From the NCBI RefSeq assembly GCF_020745735.1, contig NC_083437.1:15314001-15378000 (forward strand): a DNA stretch of 64,000 bases, read 5' to 3'. The notes under the pieces were generated by a model, which searched no databases, was not told where the DNA came from, and saw nothing but the letters and a program-made list of their open reading frames with translations. The position numbers and the translations under genes were made by a program. Numbering within the stretch: the stretch's first letter is position 1; each line of letters begins with the position of its first letter. Positions 26,253 through 38,529 of the stretch are shown piece by piece. Source of the stretch: Hemiscyllium ocellatum (Eukaryota).

Positions 26253-26635
26253 GCAGGCACAGTCAGTCCATTTAAAAGACATTTAGATAAGTACATGAAT
26301 ATGAATTGTTTGGAGGGACATTGGCTAAGTGGAGGCAAGTGGGACTAGTTTAGTTTCGGATTATGGTTGGTATGGACTGATTGGTCTGAAGGATCTGTCT
26401 CTGTGCTGTATGACTCTACATCCTTAACCAGAGATTGAATATGGAATCTTCTTGTTTCCGCCCTAATCTGAGCAATGAATTAATCAGCAGAAATACTTGG
26501 CCCGGGTGGAAGGGTGCTATTTTCCCGTGATAGTTAATGAGCTTGACGGTAAGTAGCCCTTTATGAGAATGCTGTTGCGGCAGGTGGTGATTGGATCTCT
26601 ACATGGAAAGTTTTTCTTGGATCACAGAAACAGGA

Positions 26636-26644
26636 CAGCCTTGA
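26636..26644 (-). promoter_or_regulatory. Candidate NR5A2 (LRH-1) site in elastase gene 1 promoter
   Basis: TCAAGGCTG on minus strand, about 115 bp upstream of TATA; CCTTGACACA is shared with the paralog promoter. Confidence 0.45.
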
Positions 26645-26752
26645 CACAAAGATATTCAATTGTTGACTTTCCTACTTAGAGTTTGGAAGCCAACAGATAG
26701 CGACATTATTAAAATACCTGCAGAGTCCAAAACAAAAGTAATTGACAGAGCA

Positions 26753-26760
26753 TATAAAAG
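26753..26760 (+). promoter_or_regulatory. TATA box of elastase gene 1
   Basis: TATAAAAG 54 bp upstream of the ATG. Confidence 0.75.
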
Positions 26761-26806
26761 CCCGAATCCTTCAGTGGGTCTCTCCACGCGTCACAGCGAC
26801 AGAGTG

Positions 26807-26849
26807 ATGATGTACAATCTGCTCCTTGTTGTGTTACTTGCAGCCAGTG
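26807..26849 (+). CDS. CELA3: CELA3/proproteinase E-like elastase gene 1, exon 1, signal peptide (MMYNLLLVVLLAAS)
   Basis: Hydrophobic leader, G|gtaagt phase-1 donor. Full CDS join(26807..26849,28985..29073,34066..34163,34267..34395,38393..38529,39593..39735,42806..42958,44054..44071) = 810 nt, 269 aa. Confidence 0.88.
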
Positions 26850-28169
26850 GTAAGTCACCAGAAGATACCCACCATTCAAGCACTATGTATAAACCAAGGA
26901 ATTTGCATGATTAGATGCATCAAGCACCAGAGCAAAGACATTCTACCAAACCTGGTTAGGCATCAGGTGGAGTAATGGGCTGTTTTTGGGCATGACACTT
27001 TGGAAAGTTGTTCAGACTTTGAAAGGGTGTAGAGCAGACTTATTAGAATGGAACCAAGAATCATGGACTAGAGTTCTTGTGGGGTGAGTAAAGAAGTGGA
27101 GATTGTTCTCCTTCAGGGCAGAGAAGATTAACAAATACATGTAATAGGGTGTTTCACATTATGTAGGCTGTTATAGATTTGCTACAAATGTTGATAGATG
27201 TCACCCCATTCTAAGTCTATTCTTTCAATTCAAAGCCCAAGGTCATTGAAGACATTTACAACAACTGTGCCATTAACCAGGCTCAGCGAGCATGGGCTAG
27301 AAATTGAACATGAGGTTTTCTGATCTCTACAGTTCATTGTGTTTATTCACCAGGCGACTAGGGATATTATTATACTGACTGGTTATGTGTTGCAGTGATG
27401 TTTATGATTGAAGATGTAAGTATTGAAAAATACTGAGGGCTTTATTCAATGATGAACAAATAGGTGAGTATAAAAGAGATTAAGCTGTTTTATACTTGAA
27501 CCTACTTTATTGCTATAAATAGGAATTGCAGAGAAATGGAGCCTCGGAGATTTGTGAGACAGATGTTAGACGCATCAGTATCAAAGTTTTATCTCCATGA
27601 CAGGGAAAACAAAGGGCCAATGGTTTAATTTTCCTCTACTGATGAATTATACTGATCATTCAACATTCACTTTTTCAAGATATGTCTTTGCTCAGCTTTC
27701 ACCTTCATGGGGGTAATGTGTGTGATGATGGAAAATGGGTGAATATGAATTAATGATCTGCTTTACATCCCTCCTGATTACCAACTATGGAGAAGTTAGC
27801 CAAAACAAAAGTGGGAAGTAATATAAAGCCGCCTGCCAATTCACTACCACTGAGTTGTACCATTGCACAAAGTCTAAATTACCTCAGTGATCCATAGGAG
27901 GATATGGTTTGATCCATGCAAGTAACCCTTTGGTATCTCACTCAAGTACCACGTTCATTTTAAAGAATGTTATCTGCCACTTGCCAGAGACTGTGAGACT
28001 TTTTATCCATATCAAATACTGACATCCGAAACTGATATGAGCACAAAAGAAAACATCATTTGAAATGTTAATATTGGTGAAAGGGATTTATTTAGCAAAT
28101 ATGTATCTATGAAGCTAAGAGTTAGCTTCTTCATTTGCTGAGTTAAAGATGGTTAATCTGCTTTTAGTT

Positions 28170-28442
28170 CGGGGCAGCATGGTGGAGCAGTGGTTAGCAC
28201 TGCTGCCTCATAGCGCCAGGGACCTGGGTTCGTTCCCACCTTCAGGCGGCTGGATGTATGGAGTTTGCACATTCTCCCCATGTTTGTGTGGTTTGCCTTC
28301 GTCCAAAGATGTATAGGTTAGGTGGATTAGTCCTGCAGGGTTACAGGGATAGGATAGGGGCACCTGGGTAGGATATTCTTTGGAGAATTGCTGTGGACTT
28401 GATGGTCTGAAATGACCTGCTTCCACACTGCAGGGATTCTAA
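28170..28442 (+). mobile_element. tRNA-derived V-SINE
   Basis: A/B boxes and central domain. Confidence 0.8.
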
Positions 28443-28984
28443 GATAAGTCTATACAGGGGACTCTCCTCCATAATGTGCAGAATTGTTTATGAATCTCCA
28501 CAAATGCTAAAAGGTTTTTTTTAATCAGAGCCTCAATGGTGGAGGTTTTCTACAGAAAGGTCCTGAAACAGTTGATAAGGACCACACTCATTGCCATTTG
28601 ACAGATGGGGTTTGTCACAAGGAACCTCTTAGTAGTTTCCCATTCCTTGATCCTTTGGAATCTCTGATAAATCCTGCTCAGGAGGTTGTTCCATAAGGTG
28701 GGAGGTAAGTATGTTGAAGATAGAGTGGGAAGTGAAAAGAATGGAATGATATGTTGATAGGGTGCAATGACGGAAGATGGAAAGAGGCTTATTGGGACCA
28801 TAAAACACCAGGCCGAATGGCCTGTTTTTGTCGATAGATTCTATGTGCAATAATGTGTGACATAATAACACTGTATCTGTGAAGCAGATTATTGGGAAAC
28901 TTAATCTACAGACACGAATTAAGTCATAGGAGCATGCTATATTGCTCAGAATGGACCATTAGTCTCTGGTTCCTTTAATTCCAG

Positions 28985-29073
28985 CTTATGGCTGTGGGCA
29001 GACCAGCTACCCTCCATATTCCTCAAAGGTAGTGAATGGGATTGACGCGAGGCCCTACAGCTGGCCATGGCAG
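28985..29073 (+). CDS. CELA3: Elastase gene 1, exon 2, propeptide and mature N-terminus (AYGCGQTSYPPYSSK/VVNGIDARPYSWPWQ)
   Basis: ccag| and |gtaagc; VVNG and PYSWPWQ S1 protease motifs. Confidence 0.95.
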
Positions 29074-29356
29074 GTAAGCCAATCCGCAACTTTCTCAAGT
29101 AAAGAGCAAAAGCCATGGATGGCAAAAATCGGAAACAATAAATGGAAAATGCTGAAGATGCACAGCAGGTCAGTTTGCACTGTCCATGGGAAGGATAGAT
29201 TTGTCTTTGTGCAGATGTTGACTGATCTGCTGGGTGATCTCAGCCATTTCTGTTTGTGTTTAAATGTCTTCTCTCTATTGAGAAACCTAGAGGAAGGCCT
29301 CAAGTACACGGGCAACTTAAATATTGGAAAACAATAAGGAGGAGCAGGTGAGATGT

Positions 29357-29496
29357 CAAAAAACCGAAAGAACTGTGGATGCTGGATGTCTGAAATAAAA
29401 ACAGAAATTGATGGATACGCTCAGCAGGTCTGGCAGCATCTGTGCAGAGAAACTGGTGTAAACATTTCTGGTCCTGTGACCCTTCTTTAGAATTCA
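29357..29496 (-). mobile_element. PLE terminal fragment with decayed hammerhead
   Basis: Same tail family as 1430-1600 and 60740-60870. Confidence 0.65.
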
Positions 29497-30209
29497 GAAA
29501 TAAGTCAGATAGCATCGCTTAGATGTCAAGTATTTTGAGTTTTAAAGGTAGCAGGGTTGCCAAAGAATTGGGAAACTGGGAGATGCCATAAATTTGGAAG
29601 ATTGGCAAGTGCTTGGACTCTCAACTCTGAGCTCCAGCATCTGTAGTCCTCAGTTTCTCCGAGGTGTTTGGACAGAATGGTTGAAAGAAAAAAACTATGC
29701 CAAGAGTTTTAATTCCAACAGAGTGTATCTTTGAGGAAGAGGAATATTAGAGAGATGTATTTGAAGTTCAGAAAGGACAGGAAGAAAGCATTTGTAAAAT
29801 TCATCCTCAAAGTGCTTTGCAACAGATACAGTCAAATGTTCTTGAAAAGCGATTGTAATTACAGAATCTGATTTGCACAAAGCAAGGTCCCCCAGATGGT
29901 TAATCACTTGACCAGCTCATTGTTATTTGTTGGTGCTTGAGGGAACTACAAGTGAGAGCAACAGGACAGCACCAGCTCTTCACACCTATAACCATCGGAT
30001 ATTTACAGCGAATGGACCGCATGTACTAGGCCTCAGATTCCAGTCTCAGTATTCTTGTATGTGCCGACCAGCATTATGTGCTCAAAGGTGGCTGGAATGG
30101 GGCTTGAATCCATCAGTCTGTCTCAGAAGCATGATTTTACTAATCGACCCAAGTGAACACCCTGGGACAAACAATGAGGGAGAATGTAGAGACGAACTAG
30201 ACAAAGGAA

Positions 30210-31150
30210 AATAACTACAACTTTCATTTATATAGCAGCTTTAATAGAGGAAAGTATACCAAGGACTGATAGCAAAATGAAAAGTGATATTAAGCCATGA
30301 AAGAAGATGCGAAACTAGAGATCAAAACTTGGTCGAAAAATAAGGTTCTAAAGAACATCCTAAGGCGGAAAAAAGGGTAAAGGTTGTGGAGGGGTTTAAA
30401 AACAGAGTTCAAGTGTTTAGAGTCTTGGCAGTTGAAGAAGACACAGCCCCCAGTGACGGAACAATTGGAATCAGAACTGCACAGAAGGATGGACTTGAGG
30501 GGCACAGGGACCTCGAAGGCTGGTACGTCTGGAGGAGTTTACAGTGATAGGGAGTGTCGAGTGAATACAAGGATTAAAGCGTTAATACAAAGGTTTGCAG
30601 AAGATGCACAGTGAGCTAAGGGCCAATGGATAGAAAGTGTCTTGATGCAAGTTAAAGTAAGGGCAGAAGTGTTTTGCATTAGCTTTATGAATGTTGAGAA
30701 TAGAAAAGGAAATAAAAGAACATTTTTGGAATAGTCCCGTCCAGAAATAGCAAAGGCACCGATGCTTTAGCAGCAGATGAGCTGTGGCAGGGTTGAAGTT
30801 GGTGATGTTAAGGAGATGGAGGTAGTTGGTCTGGGTTAATGCAGAGCTAGGTGATTGGAAATTCATTTCTGAGTCGAATATAATACCAAGGCATGGTGTG
30901 GAGCAGACAGTTTGCAGGAAGAAGGATGGCTGAAACAATGGCTTTAGTCCTCTTAATGTGGAGGAACGTTTTGCACATCTAATGTTTTAGAAAAACAAAT
31001 GGACAAATTAGAAATGGCACAGGTGTTGAGAAAGGACATGTTGACTTGATGCTGGGTGTCAGCATATGTATAGAATCTGATGTGTTTTCAAATGAAGTTA
31101 CTAAACAGCTATAAGTAGATGAAAAGTAGGAGGTGGCAAGGAATGGTTAG
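30210..31150 (-). mobile_element. L2 LINE 3' fragment, degenerate
   Basis: LGIIFDSEMNF...YLHLLNI RT tail and gctgctatataaatgaaagttg 3' end. Confidence 0.7.
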
Positions 31151-32012
31151 AGCTCTGCAGGCGGTCCACAGATGATACTGGTGGACTGTGACGAGATGGA
31201 GATGATTCAGTGTGATTTGGACAAGTTGAGTGAATGTGCAAATGCATGGCAGGTCAAGTATACTATTGTTAAATGTGAGGTTATCAACTCTGATGGCAAA
31301 AACAGGAAGATGCATTCCTATCTGAATAGGTATTGATTGGAAGAGGGGGCAGTGCAATAAGATCTGAGTGAAGCGTGAAGGTGCAGCAGATGGCGAAGAA
31401 GGCAAAACATCTGTTGGCCTTCATAGCGAGAGGATTCGAGCGCAGGAGCAGGAATGTCTTGCTGCAAGTGTTCAGGGCCTTGTTTAGAGTATTGTGTGCA
31501 GACCGGATCTCCCTGCCTAAGGAGGGATGCGCTGGCTATGGAGGGAGTGGAACAAAGATTTACCAAATTGAATCCTGAGGTGGCTGAGCAGACATATGAA
31601 GAGATCAATTGCGACTGTATTCATTGCAGTTTAGAGGAATGAGGAAAATTGCATGGCAATCTGTAAAATCCTAACAGGACTAGGCAAGGGAAATACAGGA
31701 AGGATGCTGCCAGTGACTGGGGAGTCCCCAGCCAGGGGTCAGAGATGAAGGATATGGGGCAGGCCATATAGGACAGAGATGATGAGAAATGTCTTCTTCA
31801 GAGTGTGGTGAGCCTGTGGAATACTCTGCCACAGAAAGTCGCTGAGGTCAAAATATTGAACGCTTTCAAAAAGATATAGTTCTTCGGGCTAAAGAGATAG
31901 AAGGGTATGGGTAGAAAGAAGGATCAGGGTACTGAGTTGGACCATCATCTATTGAATGGTGGAGCACACTCAAAGGGTTGAATGGCCTATTTTGACTCCT
32001 ATTTTTCTATGT
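31150..32012 (+). mobile_element. CR1 LINE fragment, degenerate
   Basis: LEYCVQ and EGVEQRFTKL motifs; CR1 3' UTR. Confidence 0.8.
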
Positions 32013-32574
32013 TTGCTTAGCACCAACAAGAGATAACGGTACAGGAGCAGGAAGAGAAGTCATTGCAGATGATTCTCTGGCCACAACTGAAGATAAGAAT
32101 TGAAGAGTGAAGACAGATTATGAGATAGAAATGTTAGAACCTGATGTGGTTTCTTGGGTCAAACACCACTACCAAGATGATATGTTCTAACTGAGTCCCT
32201 ACGTGTTAGGCCATGTTCCATTTGCAATGAAGATTGTGTTCCTACTGAGACAGATACCTTGGGGTTTAGTAAAAACATTAATATTTACACAGTTATAAGA
32301 TCTCAGACCAATACGTAGTCTGGGTTCTACGTTTTCAGATGTTACAGTTACATTACATGACTGTAACACCACAGATAGCTAACTGTACCAACTCCATTGC
32401 GCTGTGTCTGCTGAAGGTGATACAGCAATATCACATGTCGTAACATCATCTGACTGTCCTAAAGGCATACCGTCTTCTGGGATCTGTGCAATAAAATGAC
32501 AGAAGTGAGGGAAGCATTGTCAATGAGAACTACTCACCAGGTGAGAATGCTTATGGCTATGTTTTCCAGAAGAA

Positions 32575-34023
32575 TCTTCGTCGGATCTCCGTCGGATATG
32601 CGGAACAGTCCATCTTCCGCAGCTATACTGGCACCACCTTTTCCTCCACTACATCAATGACTGTATCGGCGCTACCTTGTGCTCCCACAAGGAAGTTGAA
32701 CAGTTCATCCACTTTACTAACACCTTCCACCCCGACCTCAAATTTACCTGGACCGTCTCAGACTCCTCCCTCCCCTTCCTAAACCTCTCCATTTCTATCT
32801 CAGGCGACCGACTCAACATGGACATTTACTATAAACTGACCGACTCCCACAGCTACCTAGATTACACCTCCTCCCACCCTGCCCCCTGTAAAAACGTCAT
32901 CCCATATTCCCAATTCCTTTACCTCTGCCGCATCTGCTCCCAGGAGGACCAATTCCAATTCAAATACCGAACAACCCAGATGGCCTCCTTCTTCAAAGAC
33001 CGCAATTTCCCCATAGACATGGTTGATGATGCTCTCCACCGCATCTCCTCCACTTCCCGCTCCTCCGCCATTGAACCCCACCCATCCAATCGCCACCAGG
33101 ACAGATCCCCACTGGTCCTCACCTACCACCCGACCGACCTCCAGATACATCGTATCATCCTTCGTCATTTCCGCCACCTCCAAACAACCCCACCACCAAG
33201 GATATATTTCCCTCCCCTCCCCTATCAGTGTTCCGGAAAGACCACTCCCTCCGCGACTCCCTCATCAGGTCCACACCCCCCACCAACCCAACCTCCACTC
33301 CTGGCACCTTCCCCTGCAACCGCAGGAAATGCAAAACCTGTGCCCATACCTCCCCCCTCACTTCCCTCCAAGGCCCCAAGGGATCCTTCCATAGCCATCA
33401 CAAATTCACCTGCACCTCCACACACATCATTTACTGCATCCACTGCACCCAATGTGGCCTTCTCTACATTGGGGAGACAGGTCGCCTACTTGTGGAACGT
33501 TTCAGAGAACACTTCTGGGACACCCGGACCAACCAACCCAACCGCCCCGTGGCTGAACACTTTAACTCCCCCTCCCACTCCGCCAAGGACATGCAGGTCC
33601 TTGGCCTCCTCCATCGCCAGACCATGGCAACACGACGCCTGGAGGAAGAGCGCCTCATCTTCTGCCTAGGAACCCTCCAAACACAAGGGATGAATGCAGA
33701 TTTCTCCAGCTTCCTCATTTCCCCTCCCCCTACCTTATCTCAGTCCCAACCCTGGGACTCAGCACCGCCTTCTTGACCTGCAATCTCCTTCCCGACCTCT
33801 CCGTCCCCACCCCCTCTCTGGCCTATCACCCTCACCTTGACCTCCTTCCACCTATCACATTCCCAACACCCCTCCCCCAAGTCCCTCCTCCCTACCTTTT
33901 ACCTTAGCCGGCTTGGCAGACCCTCCTCATTTCTGAAGAAGGACTTATGCCCAAAATGTCGATTCTCCTGCTCCTTGGATGCTGCCTGACGTGCTGCACT
34001 TTTCCAGCAACACATTTTTCAGC
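32575..34023 (+). mobile_element. Neptune-type Penelope-like element, 5'-truncated and frameshifted, in intron 2 of elastase gene 1
   Basis: RT thumb (LPFLNL...IYYKLTD...YLDYTSSHP), Cys linker PCNRRKCKTC, GIY-YIG IIYCIHCTQCGLLYIGET; pLTR with decayed hammerhead at 33929-33964. Confidence 0.9.
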
Positions 34024-34065
34024 AGAGGAATAAAACCCTATCTTATAATTTTTTTTTGCTGTTAG

Positions 34066-34163
34066 ATTTCTCTGCAAGTTGACCGTGGCAGTTCATTTTC
34101 TCACACTTGTGGTGGAACCCTCATTTCTGCACAATGGGTTATGACTGCAGGCCATTGCATCTC
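34066..34163 (+). CDS. CELA3: Elastase gene 1, exon 3 with catalytic His ([32 protein letters not shown])
   Basis: ttag| and |gtgagt; HTCGG and the CELA3-type TAGHC motif. Confidence 0.95.
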
Positions 34164-34266
34164 GTGAGTACGACTGTGCTGGTATCAAAGCGTTTACTTT
34201 CTCCTCCAGCTTTCTACATGTCATCAAAGTCAACATACCTTCAACTCAATTAATTCTTTATTGCAG

Positions 34267-34395
34267 TTATGGACGTGCTTACCGTGTGATACTGGGAGAA
34301 TATGACAGGTCTGTGGAAGAGGGTTCAGAACAAGTTATCAGTGCTGCCAAAATTATCGTTCATCCAGATTGGAGCATGAACTGTATTTCATGTGG
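34267..34395 (+). CDS. CELA3: Elastase gene 1, exon 4 (YGRAYRVILGEYDRSVEEGSEQVISAAKIIVHPDWSMNCISCG)
   Basis: ttgcag| and |gtaagg; CxxC loop as in CELA3 (CVAC). Confidence 0.95.
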
Positions 34396-36494
34396 GTAAG
34401 GCCCAGGGTCAACACTTGATGTATATTTGTTATTATTGCATCATTTTTACATGTTCTTGCTCATTTCAGAACATCACGTAGTCCACACAACACATTGCAC
34501 GGAATATACGCTACTTAAACCAGAATTAATGTTACCTCTCCAGTGAGATTATTTATCAGTTTAAAAGCTATCTATAAACTTCTGCAACCAGTTGTTTAGA
34601 TATTTCACAGGAGGCCAATTAAAACTAAAATGAGAAAAATCACTGTATTGACACCTAAAAACGTACAAGTTGCTGTAATAAATACTTCTGCGCTTTTGCT
34701 GGTCACAGGACGTGGTAGCAGTGTAGAAACTAGATGAAAATACTCAGGTCAGGCAGCATTTACAGAGAGAGAAATTGATTCAAAATGTCCAGTTTATAAG
34801 CTTTCATCAGATACCATGAATTTTGAGATGTGGTGATATCCAGGGGCCAGATGGTCTGCTCCTCTTCCTACTTCTTCATGTTTGATAAATTTCATCACTA
34901 ATCTTAAGCATTTACTAGTCCCGAGAGTAGTGGAGGCTGGAATATTGAATGTATTACAGGCTGAGTTTGGTAAATTTCTAATCTACATCAGATGGAATGG
35001 TTCTGTGAGGCAGGGTAAGTGGCCTAATGGTTGACCTTCTCCTGCCTCTTATTTCTTAGGTGTGTTTTAGGAGCAGCCCCTAGTTGTCCAGTTCCAATTC
35101 TGCTGGCCTGATGGAAAATGATCAGGTGAAAGTGAAAATGTGGGGGTACACAGCCTGTGTATAGAGGCCAGTGGGGAAATCCAACCTGCTTTTCAAATCA
35201 AGGCTTTCATTCTGGGAGACTGGAGTCCTTCAGAGTTTCGAGGACTGAAACCAAGACAAAGGAGCTGGGTTAAGCTGGGTGAAGAGCCAGCTCAGTACTG
35301 CCCATCTCTCAGAAACTAAATGAAAGTAGATTTACTTCAATGGATTAATAATCCTTCTTCAGGGCAAGCTTGAAAATCAATTTGTAAATCCTTCCAACAA
35401 ACACTAATGGCAGGTGATTAAAAATGGGAGAGATTTGCGGTCGGTGATGTCATGGAAAGTTAGTCGGATCGTCTCCCATTACTCAAACAAGCATTTTATG
35501 GAGCCTGTCACCACAGTAACTCAGACTTCCTGGGTGACATGTAACACATCATGTTCTAGATTAACTGGCCAGACTGGGAAAAAAGGATCTTTCACTTAAT
35601 TAGCCAAGACAAAGCAGCAATTCAGGTCATTTGTAGAGTGAGAAAGAGTGGGATATCGTGATATTATGCCAGAACTAGAGCGAGATGTGACAGACTTTAA
35701 AATCTGGGAAAGAGAGAAAAAAACAGAAAGGGGAATCACTAGGGTGAAAGCCATAGAGATTGCATAACAATTCGTCATTTCTTAATTTGGTTTCTTCTGC
35801 ATTTCAGCTTCCATTCACTGTTCTTTCCTTCCCTTCAACATTTACTTGCCTCCCTGTTCCATTTCTAACTTATTCCAGTTCTGATGAAAGATCCTTGACT
35901 TGAAACACTAATTCGGGTCCAGGTTTTCACCACATCTGAGAGCCTATGCATTGTATAGGCAGCAAAGAAAGAAGCCATTGAGGATGCTAAGTCCCATTCC
36001 CAAACATAACACTTTCCACTTCCATTGGACTGTCTCAGCCTTCAGGTCCCATTTTTGTAACCCCACTGAAGGGAACAGAGATTGCTCAGAACACCTTAGA
36101 GCAGGTCTGTGCTCTTTTGGATAGCCATTGTACTCCTTTGGAGAGCTGAGGTACTTCCTTGGACACCTTAGGGGTGAGGGTTAGGTATTACATGGGGTGG
36201 GAAGTCATTCACAGTAATGAGGAGTCATCACGTAACCTTGGGGAGGGGGTTGAGTAGTCAGGTATCTTTTGATATGGTTAACTGGTGAGTAATTATGCAA
36301 AAATATGCATAAACCCCTATAACTGAGATACCTATAAAAGACATGTCAAGAAGTGTCAAAGGCTAGTCCTCTGTCTCTACTCATCGATTCAGGAAGGAAA
36401 ATTGGGAACTCTGTTTCTCCCTCTCTAGATGTGCTAGACTTATAGAGTATCTCTAGCATTTTATGTTTTTATTTCAGACTTAAACAGTTATGTT

Positions 36495-36790
36495 TTTGTC
36501 AAAAGAAGCAATTATTAGGTTTCATCTTCACTCTGCTGCTTGTGGTGGTCCTGCAGGAAGAGTTGCTGTCACAGTCTGCCACACTCATGTGTCTTGTGTC
36601 ACCTTCACACATCCACTGTAGTTCATCAACCACGGCCTGTGATATCTGTCCTCCAATAATGCGTTTGGGTCTAGCCTCTCTGCTGCCTTCCATTCTGCCC
36701 ACATGGTTTAGCCAAGCATCGGGACATTGCGATCTTGCTAGATAATCCAATATTTGGATAATCAAATGCCAGATAATCAAGGTTCCTCTG
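36495..36790 (-). mobile_element. Tigger/pogo-like DNA transposon fragment
   Basis: End cagataatcaaggttcctctg resembles the TIR at 41791-41811. Confidence 0.45.
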
Positions 36791-36922
36791 CATACACACA
36801 CACAATCACATGCACTCACACCCACATGCACACATTCATGTGCACACTTAATTTATAATTCCACGTTCAGACATGAACAGAAGATTAAAGTCACCCATCC
36901 TGAAATAGGACTAGAGATGAGA

Positions 36923-37054
36923 AGGTAAAAAATGAGGTCTGCAGATGCTGGAGATCACAGTTGAAAATGTGTTGCTGGTTAAAGCACAGCAGGTCAGGCA
37001 GCATCCAAGGAATAGGAAATTCGACGTTTCGGGCATAAGCCCTTCATCAGGAAT
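36923..37054 (-). mobile_element. PLE terminal mini-element with hammerhead
   Basis: Nearly identical to the element at 26055-26252. Confidence 0.8.
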
Positions 37055-37055
37055 C
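37018..37055 (-). ncRNA. Minimal type I hammerhead ribozyme, intact core
   Basis: GAUUC-CUGAUGA-A-GGGC(UUAU)GCCC-GAAAC-GUC^GAAUU within the PLE mini-element 36923-37054. Confidence 0.8.
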
Positions 37056-37374
37056 TGATGCTAAAAAGGAACAACCATTTTCACCCTACATATGAGTGGG
37101 TGACATTGGCTCTTGAGATTTTCCATGAAGTGCCAGTGAAATTTGAACTCTGATTTCACCCAGCTCATTCACTCGAAACCCTTCTAGAGTTTGAAGATTT
37201 CAATCAAATGCCTCTGAGGAGAATAATCTCATTTCTTCATTCTCTCCATGTAACTGAAGTCCCTTAAATCTGTTAACATTCCAGCTTGTCTATTTACTCA
37301 GTAAGCTGGCTGAGCTGTGGGGTTTGCTTTCTCCTATTGTCATAATTGGTAATTACCAGCTGGGCCCAGTTTCT

Positions 37375-37957
37375 GTAAGAGGTGTGGGTTATAGGGAGAG
37401 ACTGAATAGGCTGGGCGATTTTTCCCGGAGCGTTAGAACTTTAGGGTTGACCTTATAGAGGTTTATAAAATCATGAGGTGCATAGATATGGTGAATAGCC
37501 AAGGTCTTTTTCCCAGAGTAGGGGAGTCCAAAATCAGATGGTATAGGTTTAAGGTGAGAGGGAAAGAGTTAAAAGGGACCTAAGGGGCAAGTTTTTTCAC
37601 ACAGAGGCTAATGCATGTATGGAATGAGCAGCCAGAGGAAGTGGTGCAGGCTGGTACAATTACAGATTTAAAAGGCATCTGGATGGATAACAAAAATGTA
37701 ACTGAAGAAGCTGTATACAGGTACCGTTATACCAAAGTGGCAACTTATGAACTTTTCAGTGTACTCATTTGAGTACATGTGACAATAAAGCAAATTCAAT
37801 TCAATTCAATTCATTACAATTCAATAAATAGGAAGGGTTTAGAGGGATATGCTCTGAATGCTGGCAAATGGGACTGGAATAATTTCGGATATCTGGTCAG
37901 CATGGTCGAGTTGGACTGAAGGATCTGTTTCTATGCTGTATATCTCTATGACTCTAT
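37375..37957 (+). mobile_element. CR1 LINE 3' fragment with an internal insertion ending in (aattc)n (about 37690-37825)
   Basis: CR1 sequence breaks after ggatggata and resumes at aaataggaaggg. Confidence 0.8.
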
Positions 37958-38392
37958 ATATTTTCCAATCAGCCATCCTCATACAAATATTTTCCACACA
38001 CAATTTTCATCGCCATTGGTAATCTGGAGGAATCAGATAATGCATTAGTTTTACATTTCTCCCAATTTTATTCCCCAATGAAATCTGCAGACAGTATTAC
38101 TTGTTGGGAGTAGAATAAAAGTGGATTTCCTGTAAGTTTCCCACCTAGATGGTTAGATTAAAACTTCTGCTCAAACCACTTTTTTAATGACAGGCAGTGA
38201 ACTGTTATGAGTAAATGGATCAGTTCCTGAAATCGAAAAGAAAATAGAAACCAAATCTGAAAGATGCAGGCAGTTGTATGAAAACTGCATTATAGCCCTT
38301 TAGAACAACAGCTTTGGTTAAAATTTCAAGTAAAGTGCTTTTCAAATGAATTTAGTGATAGAGCACTAACAAGGAAATCTTCTGCCTTCCAG

Positions 38393-38529
38393 GAATGATA
38401 TTGCTCTGATCAAGCTTGCACAGCCTGCTTACTTGAATGATAAAGTTCAGCTTGCCTGCATTCCACCTGCTGGATATCTTCTTCCCAATGGGTTTTATTG
38501 TTACATTACTGGGTGGGGACGCTTGTACA
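38393..38529 (+). CDS. CELA3: Elastase gene 1, exon 5 with catalytic Asp (NDIALIKLAQPAYLNDKVQLACIPPAGYLLPNGFYCYITGWGRLY)
   Basis: Branch point cactaac at 38364, ttccag| and |gtgagt; DIALIKL and CYITGWG motifs. Confidence 0.95.

Larger units (their letters stand above)
25650..26420 (+). mobile_element. CR1 LINE 3' fragment interrupted by a PLE mini-element
   Basis: Homologous to the other CR1 3' ends in the window. Confidence 0.85.

Noticed and set aside
26511-26590. PTF1 (E-box + TC-box) site in elastase promoter 1
   Set aside because: TTTCCC at 26521 has no proper E-box one turn upstream, and CAGGTG at 26581 has no TC-box at canonical spacing
32170-32470. Possible solo LTR
   Set aside because: No convincing TG...CA ends with a TSD could be defined by eye
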